Under the pieces are notes generated by a model. That model made no database searches. It saw nothing but the letters and a program-made list of their open reading frames with translations, and had not been told where the DNA came from. Shown here in pieces: positions 1 through 6,667 of a stretch of DNA of 13,729 nucleotides (its first letter is position 1; each line of letters starts with the position of its first letter). The stretch spans positions 1 to 13,729 of the forward strand of contig JAVKHQ010000031.1 in assembly GCA_031459875.1 (NCBI GenBank), given 5' to 3'. The stretch is from Candidatus Fervidifonticultor sextus. GTDB taxonomy: Bacteria; Sysuimicrobiota; Sysuimicrobiia; Sysuimicrobiales; Humicultoraceae. Made by a program: the position numbers and the translations under genes.

Positions 1-297
1 AAGCTCCAGGGATACGAGCGCGTGTTTGGGGACACCGAGATGTTTCCGCCGTTGAGAGACGGCGGCCCCATTGAAGCCGGCCTCTCGAAACAAAGTTATC
101 CTGAGGGGAGATGAGTTTCCGCCGTTGAGAGACGGCGGCCCCATTGAAGCCGGACCGGCGAGACGATGCGGGTGACGGGGGTGTCTGGGTTTCCGCCGTT
201 GAGAGACGGCGGCCCCATTGAAGCTCCAGGGATACGAGCGCGTGTTTGGGGACACCGAGATGTTTCCGCCGTTGAGAGACGGCGGCCCCATTGAAGC
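1..297 (+). CRISPR. CRISPR array (partial, continues left of window); 36-bp repeat GTTTCCGCCGTTGAGAGACGGCGGCCCCATTGAAGC; type I-G(I-U)-like repeat
   Basis: Four identical repeats at 42-77, 115-150, 189-224, 262-297 plus the last 4 nt (AAGC) of a fifth at 1-4. Spacers 5-41 (37 nt), 78-114 (37), 151-188 (38), 225-261 (37). Internal hairpin CCGCCGT/ACGGCGG and 3' ATTGAAGC handle give the + orientation. Subtype is inferred from repeat style only. Confidence 0.97.
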
Positions 298-465
298 CAG
301 CTGCCGAAGAAGATGCTGCCAGAGTTCAAAGGATGGGCATATGATCCAGAGGTCAACGCTATGGTGGCGATCACGAGCAAGGCCCTTCGGCTGGGTCGTC
401 GGGAGGAGGAAGATCTGCTGGCGCGATTATGCGAGGCGAACAGGGCTGCTTCAGGAGGGCCGCTG

Positions 466-684
466 ATGGCCGATGCCGCCAAGACAGACAAGATCCGCCC
501 AGAACTACTGCGGAAGATCAGCGAAGCCATGGATCTGCCACCGCGCCAAGCGCGGGCCCGGCTGGTCCGGCTGTTGGAGGGCGCCTCACGAGAGGAGCAG
601 ATGCTCATCCGCGGCTACTGTGAGGCGCTCGCGATGGCCAAAGAAGCTCGCCGCTTACGGAAGCAGTACGACCGACCGGGGTAG
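466..684 (+). CDS. Small hypothetical protein (72 aa, predicted helical and charged); same frame is open upstream to ATG 313 and to the last CRISPR repeat
   Basis: AGGAGG at 453-458, 7 nt before ATG 466. Protein MADAAKTDKIRPELLRKISEAMDLPP...RKQYDRPG has protein-like composition. No family recognised; alternative start 313. Confidence 0.55.
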   Translation: MADAAKTDKIRPELLRKISEAMDLPPRQARARLVRLLEGASREEQMLIRGYCEALAMAKEARRLRKQYDRPG

Positions 685-794
685 CTCCATGGTGAGGCCG
701 CTGCATCGCATCCATCGCGACGCCCGAGACAGAAGCGACCATCGGCCGGTTCGAGTTCGACCGCCACCGCGTCGTCGGACCGACCGGAGAAGAG

Positions 795-1022
795 GTGCTC
801 TGCGACGGGATCGTGTTCCTGCCGCCGTCGCAACTCGCCGCACGGCGCGACTTCCCGGCACCTTACCAGCGGCTGGCCTCCGGGCCGGTATGGTTCAAGC
901 ACAGCCTCAGCCGGTTCCTCGAGGAATGGGAACAGAAGCGCCGCCGACGGCGCGGAACCCAGGCGCCTTCGGCGCGCGGCCCTCACGGCGCGATCTCGCG
1001 CATGGCCGCGCGAGGCCCCTGA
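795..1022 (+). pseudogene. Fragment of an AlpA/excisionase-like winged-HTH DNA-binding protein, apparently lacking its N-terminal HTH helices
   Basis: SQLAARRDFPAPYQRLASGPVWFKHSLSRFLEEW resembles the C-terminal FPxP...L..G.VW wing of AlpA-like regulators. The expected preceding 'EIAxxLGVSxxxV' segment is absent and replaced by unrelated sequence. Confidence 0.5.
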
Positions 1023-1184
1023 GGCCGCGAGCGGCTCCCCACGTTGCGCAGCCACTCGAGCAACCCGGAAAGCTCTCCAAGTCGTCCGTAGGGACCACTC
1101 CCCCGAGCGTACTCCACCGACCGCTGATCATCTCGGTACTCGGACCGGAAGTAGGCACCGACGATCTCTGCAACATGGCAAAGA

Positions 1185-1395
1185 CGGTGGCCGGGTGAGG
1201 TGGCAGCGGCAGCGGGCCTGGATGCGGCTTTCTCGTCGGCAAAGATGATGGACTCGTCGGGGGTAAGGCTTTTCCCCTGGAACCGTCGGGCGTAGAGATC
1301 GAGGACCCGCCCGGCAGGCCCTCCGTGAAGAAGCGCTTACGCCACTTGCCCGTCACCTGGCGGGGCAGGCGCCGATCGCTTCGTTGCATGCCCGC
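1185..1395 (-). mobile_element. Degenerate IS630-family transposase remnant (frameshifted, internally deleted)
   Basis: Minus strand, in shifting frames: NEAIG / LPRQVTGKWRKRFFTEGLPG (N-terminal HTH region, KWRxRF..EGL.G), then AGRVLDLYARRFQGKSLTPDESIIFADEK (first catalytic Asp, DEK), then IQARCRCHLTRPP. These are characteristic IS630 motifs. No intact ORF or terminal repeats found. Confidence 0.8.
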
Positions 1396-1461
1396 CCTTG
1401 AGTGTCACCACCTCCTTCAGGCGTCCCGTTCTCCGGGCACGCCGAACATGGGCTAATTGGA

Positions 1462-2286
1462 TTAGGTCCTGTACCAGAACGCGTCCCAGGCGTTCCAGAA
1501 CGTCTCCCCGGTTGCCCGCACGGTCCGCGGGCCAACGATCTCCACGCCGGTCCGGCCGCGGAACGCCTCGGCGCGGTCAGGGGTGGCCAGTTCGACCTGG
1601 AAGGTCACGGGCGGCGCAAAGACCAGCGGCGTCGGCCATCGGGATCGGGCGCGCAGGGCTTCCGCGGCCTTCGCCTCGATCAGCGCGCGGGCGTCGGCGG
1701 CCGACAGGTGTGCCGCGGAGTAGCGGCCCAGCCCCCTCTTCACCGGCGCCGTCACGATCGCGGTCCCGAGCAGTGCCTGCACTTCCCGGCACGTCGCCTC
1801 ATCCCCCGAGACGAAGATGCCCGGTATCTTCCAGCAGCCGGCGATGGCGGCGATGATCCCCGTCTCGCCGACCGGCGTCCCGTTGATCGTCGCCAGGTAC
1901 CAGGCCTCGGTAGAGACTGTGTGGGAGAGCACGCCGTCAGGCGTCCCGGACATGGCATGCGCGCCGACGAAGAGCACGGCCTCACACCCCTGCTCGAAGG
2001 GTTCGATGTGCCGCGCCCAGGGGTGGCCGAGCACGTAGCGCGCCCCGGGCTCCAGGCGGTCGTGGATCAGGCTCATGAACCCCCGGGCGCCGGGATAGGC
2101 ACCGCCGTGACCGTCGACGACGGTGATCTCGGAGGCACCGCCGGCCCTGCAGCCCCGCACGGCGGCGTTGACCTCCTCGGTGTACAGCCGCCGCCCTTCC
2201 TCGTAGAGGGGCGATGACCCGCCGACCTGCTCCCACGACGCGATGCCCGCCACACCTTCCATGTCGGCCCAGATCATCACGCGCAC
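1462..2286 (-). CDS. dppA: M55 family metallopeptidase (DppA-type D-aminopeptidase)
   Basis: GTG start with GAGGAG RBS (2295-2300). N-terminal MRVMIWADMEG (DxE), EEVNAAVRG, DGHG, GAHA, LSHT, GE and SGD motifs typical of M55; 274 aa. Confidence 0.9.
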   Translation of the reverse strand: MRVMIWADMEGVAGIASWEQVGGSSPLYEEGRRLYTEEVNAAVRGCRAGGASEITVVDGHGGAYPGARGFMSLIHDRLEPGARYVLGHPWARHIEPFEQGCEAVLFVGAHAMSGTPDGVLSHTVSTEAWYLATINGTPVGETGIIAAIAGCWKIPGIFVSGDEATCREVQALLGTAIVTAPVKRGLGRYSAAHLSAADARALIEAKAAEALRARSRWPTPLVFAPPVTFQVELATPDRAEAFRGRTGVEIVGPRTVRATGETFWNAWDAFWYRT

Positions 2287-2347
2287 GGCATCGTCTCCTC
2301 GGTGAAGCACGGATAATGCATGCCCGATGCCTTCCGCAGGATCATGG

Positions 2348-2423
2348 TGGTGGCCCCAGGGGGATTCGAACCCCCGTTTCGGCCTTGAGAGGGCCGCGTC
2401 CTGGTCCCCTAGACGATGGGGCC
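2348..2423 (-). tRNA. tRNA-Glu (anticodon CTC)
   Basis: GGCCCCATCGTCTAGGGGACCAGGACGCGGCCCTCTCAAGGCCGAAACGGGGGTTCGAATCCCCCTGGGGCCACCA: 76 nt, 7-bp acceptor stem, anticodon loop CTCTCAA, GTTCGAATC T-arm, encoded CCA. Confidence 0.98.
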
Positions 2424-2460
2424 ACACGTGCAGGAACCGGGGGACCTGCCGGCCCGGTTC

Positions 2461-2489
2461 ATTATACGGGAGGGGGGTGGGGCAGGCAA
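2461..2489 (-). promoter_or_regulatory. Sigma70-type promoter for tRNA-Glu
   Basis: Minus strand TTGCCT (2489-2484), 17-nt spacer, TATAAT (2466-2461); lies 37 nt upstream of the tRNA 5' end. Confidence 0.8.
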
Positions 2490-2637
2490 TGAGGCAGGAA
2501 ATCTCCCCTGCAACGAGAATCCCCGTACCTACCGGAGTCATGCAGCCATTTGCCGGGCCCCTCTCCGGTCTCGCCGACGCGTCGGTCCGTCCTCCACGAT
2601 AGGGGACGTTTCACTACGCCTCCGCACGGAGGGTCTG

Positions 2638-3270
2638 ATGCGGGCGATCTGGCTGGGTTCGTTCATCACCGACACCATCTACCTGGCGGCCGGAGCGTGG
2701 AGTTCGCGCTTTGTGGGGTCGCCGGTCCAGCAGGCGCTGGCCCGCCGCCGCTACGGCGCGCTGGCCGGGCACTACGACCAGGACGTCATCCCGCAGGCGG
2801 GCTACCTCGCCCCGTTGCAGGCCGCCCTGGACCGCCTGCCCGGACCGCCCGCGTCGGCGCTGGACGTCAGCACCGGCACCGGCGCGGCGATCGGCTCCGT
2901 GACGCAGCGGTTTGCCGGCTGCCGCGGGGTGGCCGTTGACCTCTCGCCAGCGATGTTGTCCCACGCGGTGCGGCACGCCTGGGAAGGCGGCTGGCCGGTC
3001 AGGTTTGCGGCCGCAAACGCCGCGCGGCTCCCGTTTCCCTCGGGCACGTTCGACCTGGTCACGGTGCAGAACGCCTTTCCGGTCCCGCGGGAGCTGGTGC
3101 GCGTGGTGCGGCCCGGCGGCTGGATCATCCTGGCCTATTCGGCCGGCGGTCCGGTCCTGCCGTGGATCGTGCGGTCGCTGGTCGGCCAGTTGCGCGCGCT
3201 GGGCTGCGAGCCCGTGGAGACCCGGCGCGCGGCCGCCGGCCGGTACTTCCTCGCCCGACGGGCGCTTTGA
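2638..3270 (+). CDS. Class I SAM-dependent methyltransferase (Methyltransf_11/25-like)
   Basis: ATG 2638 preceded by GGAGGG. Motif I ALDVSTGTG, VAVDLSPAML, LPFPSGTFDLV and VVRPGG; 210 aa. Confidence 0.88.
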   Translation: MRAIWLGSFITDTIYLAAGAWSSRFVGSPVQQALARRRYGALAGHYDQDVIPQAGYLAPLQAALDRLPGPPASALDVSTGTGAAIGSVTQRFAGCRGVAVDLSPAMLSHAVRHAWEGGWPVRFAAANAARLPFPSGTFDLVTVQNAFPVPRELVRVVRPGGWIILAYSAGGPVLPWIVRSLVGQLRALGCEPVETRRAAAGRYFLARRAL

Positions 3271-3281
3271 GGGCATCGGGC

Positions 3282-4856
3282 ATGAATGTCGCCTGCGTCA
3301 TCGCCGCCTACAACGAAGAGCGCACCATTGCCGACGTCGTGAGAGCGGTGCGGCGCGTCCCCGAGGTCAGCGAGGTCGTCGTGGTTTCAGACGGCTCCAC
3401 CGACGCCACGGCCGAGGCCGCGGCCGGCGCGGGGGCGGACCTCATCGTGCAACTGCCGAAGAACCTGGGCAAGGGCGGCGCGGTCATGGCCGGGGTCCGG
3501 CGGGCCAGCGAGCCCGTCGTGCTGCTGCTGGACGCCGACCTGGAGAACCTGAATCCCCACGAGATCTCGGCCCTGGCCCGCGCCGTCCTGGACGGCGACT
3601 GCGACATGGCGGTGGGGGTGCTGGCCCACGACCTGATGCAGGCCGTCCTGCCGTCGCTGTCGGGAATCCGGGTGGTCCGGCGCGACGCGCTGCTGGCCCG
3701 CCCCGACCTGGCGGGGACGCGGTACAGGTTCGAACTGGCGCTGACCGAGCTGGCACGCAAACAGCGGTGGAGGGTCAGGCGGGTTCCGCTGACCGGCGTG
3801 ATCCACCTGCGAAAGGAGGAGAAGTACAGCCTCTTCCAGGCCTATCAGGGGAAGGTGCTCATGACGCTGGACGTGCTGGGCCTCCGTCGCGGCCGCCGCA
3901 ACGGCGCGCCGGCAGGGCGGCCGCGCGTCCTGGCCGCCACCGGCCTGGTGGTGATGCTGGCATACCTCAGCATGGGTCTCTTCTCAACGACCCCGGCGGT
4001 GGGGAGTGCCCTGGACGTGCTGCCCGAGCCGGAGGCCTCCGATCGCCTGCTCATCGTCGCGGCCCACGCCGACGACGAACTCCTGGCCGCCGGCGGGTTG
4101 ATCCAGCGGGCGATCTCGGTGGGCGCCGAAGTCTGGGTCGCCTTCGCCACCAACGGCGATGCCAACCGGCTGGGCGCCTCGGTGGCCGGCAGGCGGCTGC
4201 GACCGCGGCCGGCGGACTTCATCGCCGAGGGGGAGGAGCGGCAACGCGAGTCACGGCGCGTGCTGACACGGCTGGGCGTGCCACCGGAGCGCATCCTCTA
4301 CCTCGGCTATCCCGACCGCGGCCTGATGGCGCTGGCGGTGCTGCGCCGAAATCCCGGGAAGCCGTACACCTCGCCGTTCACGAAGGCATCCGCCTCCCCG
4401 TACCGGCAGACGTTCCGGCCGGGGGCGGCGTACACGGGCGCGGATCTCCTCCAGGACCTGGAGTCGGTCATGCTGATCGCCCGGCCCACGGTGGTGCTGA
4501 CGCACCACGAGGCCGACCGCCACAGCGACCATCAGGCCCTCAACCAGTTCGTGCGCGAAACCGTCCGGACGCTGGAACGCCAGGGGACGCTGCCACGCCC
4601 ACGCCTGTTCACCTACCTGGTGCACGCCTGGGATTTCCCCCGCCCACTGCGGTACGCGCCCGACCTGCCGCTGCTGCCGCCCAAGTCGCTGAGGGATCGG
4701 TACCGATGGGTCCGCTTCGACCTGACCGCCGAGGAACTCACCACCAAGCAGGCCGCGATGCGCGAGTACCGCAGCCAGCTCGACAGCCCTTACCTGCGCC
4801 TGCTGCTCGGCAGCTTCGTGCGGCAGAACGAGCTGTTCGCCGTCACGGACCCGTAG
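3282..4856 (+). CDS. Fusion protein: GT2 glycosyltransferase + transmembrane helix + PIG-L/LmbE family de-N-acetylase
   Basis: N-terminal IAAYNEE, SDGSTD, NLGKGGA, LLDAD (DxD). Hydrophobic segment VLAATGLVVMLAYLSMGLF. C-terminal AHADDE, TNGD, LGYPD and HSDH metal-binding motifs; 524 aa from ATG 3282. Confidence 0.88.
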   Translation: MNVACVIAAYNEERTIADVVRAVRRVPEVSEVVVVSDGSTDATAEAAAGAGADLIVQLPKNLGKGGAVMAGVRRASEPVVLLLDADLENLNPHEISALARAVLDGDCDMAVGVLAHDLMQAVLPSLSGIRVVRRDALLARPDLAGTRYRFELALTELARKQRWRVRRVPLTGVIHLRKEEKYSLFQAYQGKVLMTLDVLGLRRGRRNGAPAGRPRVLAATGLVVMLAYLSMGLFSTTPAVGSALDVLPEPEASDRLLIVAAHADDELLAAGGLIQRAISVGAEVWVAFATNGDANRLGASVAGRRLRPRPADFIAEGEERQRESRRVLTRLGVPPERILYLGYPDRGLMALAVLRRNPGKPYTSPFTKASASPYRQTFRPGAAYTGADLLQDLESVMLIARPTVVLTHHEADRHSDHQALNQFVRETVRTLERQGTLPRPRLFTYLVHAWDFPRPLRYAPDLPLLPPKSLRDRYRWVRFDLTAEELTTKQAAMREYRSQLDSPYLRLLLGSFVRQNELFAVTDP

Positions 4857-4878
4857 GCGGACCGCCGTCGGCGTCGCG

Positions 4879-5769
4879 GTGAGTCCAACGCTGCGCGGCT
4901 ACGCCCAGGTCGCCGCGGCGGCGGTCCTGTGGGGCACGCTCGGCCCGGCCGCCCGGAGCCTCTTCGCCTCGGGCCTGACGCCGCTGGAGGGCGCCACCTG
5001 GCGGGCGACGGGGGCATTCGTCCTGCTGCTCGTCTACAGCCTGCTCCAAGACCGCCGGGCGCTGCGGGTCACCTGGCGGGATCTGCTGCTGTTTTCGGCC
5101 TACGGCGCCGTCAGCGTCGCGGGGTTCATGACCGTCTACTTCACGGCGATCAGCCTGACCACGGTGGCGACGGCCGCGGTGCTCCTCTACACCGCCCCGG
5201 CCTGGGTCGTCGTGCTGGCCCGCGTGGTCTTCGGTGAACCGATGACGCCCATGAAGACGGCGGCAGTCGGCCTGTCCTTTGCCGGATGCGTGCTGGTCAC
5301 CGGCGCGGTGGGAGGCGGCGCCGTGCGCCCGACGGCCGGAGGAGTTCTGGCCGGTCTGGGCGCAGGGCTGACCTACGGGCTCTACAGCATCTTCGGAAAG
5401 ACCGCGCTGCGCCGGCACTCGCCGCTGACGACCGTGGTCTTCGCGATGGGGTTCGGGGCGCTGTTCCTGGCCGTCGCGGCCGGGGGGCTGCCGCGCCCGA
5501 CCGCCGCCAGCCTGCCGCCGCTTGGCTACACCATCGTCTTCCCCACGGCGGCCGCGTACCTGCTCTACATCGGCGGCCTCCGGTGGGTCGAGGCCGGGAG
5601 GGCCAGCATCATCGCGACCCTCGAGCCGGTCGTCGCCGCCGCCGCCGGCGCGCTCGTCCTGCACGAGGCCTTCGGGGTCGTCCAGTGGATCGGTGCCGGC
5701 CTCGTGCTGGTCGGGGTCCTCCTCGTGCAGGGGGAACAGGTCGCGCGAAGGTCGAATCACCCGATATGA
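4879..5769 (+). CDS. EamA/DMT family transporter
   Basis: 296 aa with about 10 hydrophobic helices in two repeats; LWGT, LLYTAP, FGEPM, ASIIATLEPV and LHEAFG motifs. Confidence 0.92.
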   Translation: MSPTLRGYAQVAAAAVLWGTLGPAARSLFASGLTPLEGATWRATGAFVLLLVYSLLQDRRALRVTWRDLLLFSAYGAVSVAGFMTVYFTAISLTTVATAAVLLYTAPAWVVVLARVVFGEPMTPMKTAAVGLSFAGCVLVTGAVGGGAVRPTAGGVLAGLGAGLTYGLYSIFGKTALRRHSPLTTVVFAMGFGALFLAVAAGGLPRPTAASLPPLGYTIVFPTAAAYLLYIGGLRWVEAGRASIIATLEPVVAAAAGALVLHEAFGVVQWIGAGLVLVGVLLVQGEQVARRSNHPI

Positions 5770-6248
5770 ACCTCCGGCGCTCGCAGGCCTCTGCGGGCCT
5801 TCGACGGTTCCCCGTCGTGATCCTGGCGCTTCTCGCCGCCGCCGCGCTGGGACTCTCGGCTTGCACGGCGGAGCTCATCGCCCAGCACGACGAGGCGACC
5901 GTCCGGTCCGTCACCGACCTGCTGCGGAAAGTGGACTCGTTCCTCATCAAGTTGGAACGGGTCCTGGAGACGCCGGCGGGCGCCGACGACGCCCGCTACG
6001 AGAAGCACGTGGCCTTCTACGATGAGGTCCGCGTGGACTTAAACCTGATCCGGGTCCGCGCGAAGGCCCTGCCCAGGAACGAGCGCACCGTCAGGCAGAT
6101 CGACGACCTGGAGGCGGCCCTCAAGAACTTCGAAGACCTGCACCGACAGGGGCTCAACCGGCAGGTCGTGACCACCGCGCGCGGCATCATCACCCAGGCG
6201 ATCGAGGCGATCCTCAAGGCGGAGTTCGCGAAACGGCGGGGCCCGTGA
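5766..6248 (+). CDS. Hypothetical lipoprotein (alpha-helical)
   Basis: ATGA overlap with the EamA stop. Basic N-region, hydrophobic VVILALLAAAALGL and lipobox LSA-C; 160 aa with GC-rich third codon positions. Confidence 0.8.
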   Translation: MNLRRSQASAGLRRFPVVILALLAAAALGLSACTAELIAQHDEATVRSVTDLLRKVDSFLIKLERVLETPAGADDARYEKHVAFYDEVRVDLNLIRVRAKALPRNERTVRQIDDLEAALKNFEDLHRQGLNRQVVTTARGIITQAIEAILKAEFAKRRGP

Positions 6249-6295
6249 TCCCCAGGGCGGCGGCCCCGCGCCGCGTGAGAGGGGAGTGAGGCACG

Positions 6296-6628
6296 GTGCC
6301 CGACATTGATCCCGGCAGCCTGGCCAGTGAGATGCTCAAGGCCGCCAGCGGCGTGCTGCGGGACCGGTGGCCGCACATCAAAGGCTATGCGGAGATGGAG
6401 TTCAAGAAGGCGGCCGAGACCATCGCGGCCATCCAGCGGATGCGGCTGGCAGGTGAGATCACCGAAGAGCAGGCGCGCCTGCTCATGGAGATGCAGAAGC
6501 ACGCCATGCGCAACGTGATGACCGCCGTGGAGATCACAAGCATCGCCGCCGCGGAGCAGGCGATCAATGCCGCGATCGGCGCGGTGCGCAAAACGGTCAA
6601 CACCGCCCTGGGGTTCGCCCTGCTCTAG
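6296..6628 (+). CDS. Hypothetical protein, 110 aa, alanine-rich amphipathic helices
   Basis: GTG start after GGGGAGTGAGG; strong coding bias; hydrophobic C-terminus VNTALGFALL. No function recognised. Confidence 0.82.
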   Translation: MPDIDPGSLASEMLKAASGVLRDRWPHIKGYAEMEFKKAAETIAAIQRMRLAGEITEEQARLLMEMQKHAMRNVMTAVEITSIAAAEQAINAAIGAVRKTVNTALGFALL

Positions 6629-6667
6629 CGACCCCTCGTGCGTCCAATGGTCTCAGGAACGAGCCGG

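Noticed and set aside
96..608. ORFs 96..608(-) and 218..466(+) overlapping the CRISPR array
   Set aside because: They translate repeats and spacers or are antisense shadows; not credible genes.
298..1460. cas genes or a tracrRNA-like anti-repeat next to the array
   Set aside because: No Cas motifs recognised in the ORFs and no sequence complementary to the repeat seen; cas genes, if present, lie outside the window.
1396..1461. Possible att duplicate of the tRNA-Glu 3' end bounding the CRISPR island
   Set aside because: No copy of the tRNA 3' sequence is visible here or in 298-1460, no integrase is in the window, and dppA lies between the tRNA and the island.
2269..2306. Partial match of spacer 151-188 to the dppA RBS/start region on the minus strand (10-nt exact core GAGACGATGC, 23/38 overall)
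   Set aside because: A 10-nt match is expected by chance in GC-rich DNA of this length, and the spacer 5' (seed) end is mismatched; no support for self-targeting or regulation.
2287..2541. N-terminal extension of the 359-aa ORF upstream of dppA
   Set aside because: It runs through the tRNA gene and its promoter; M55 homology and an RBS place the start at 2286.
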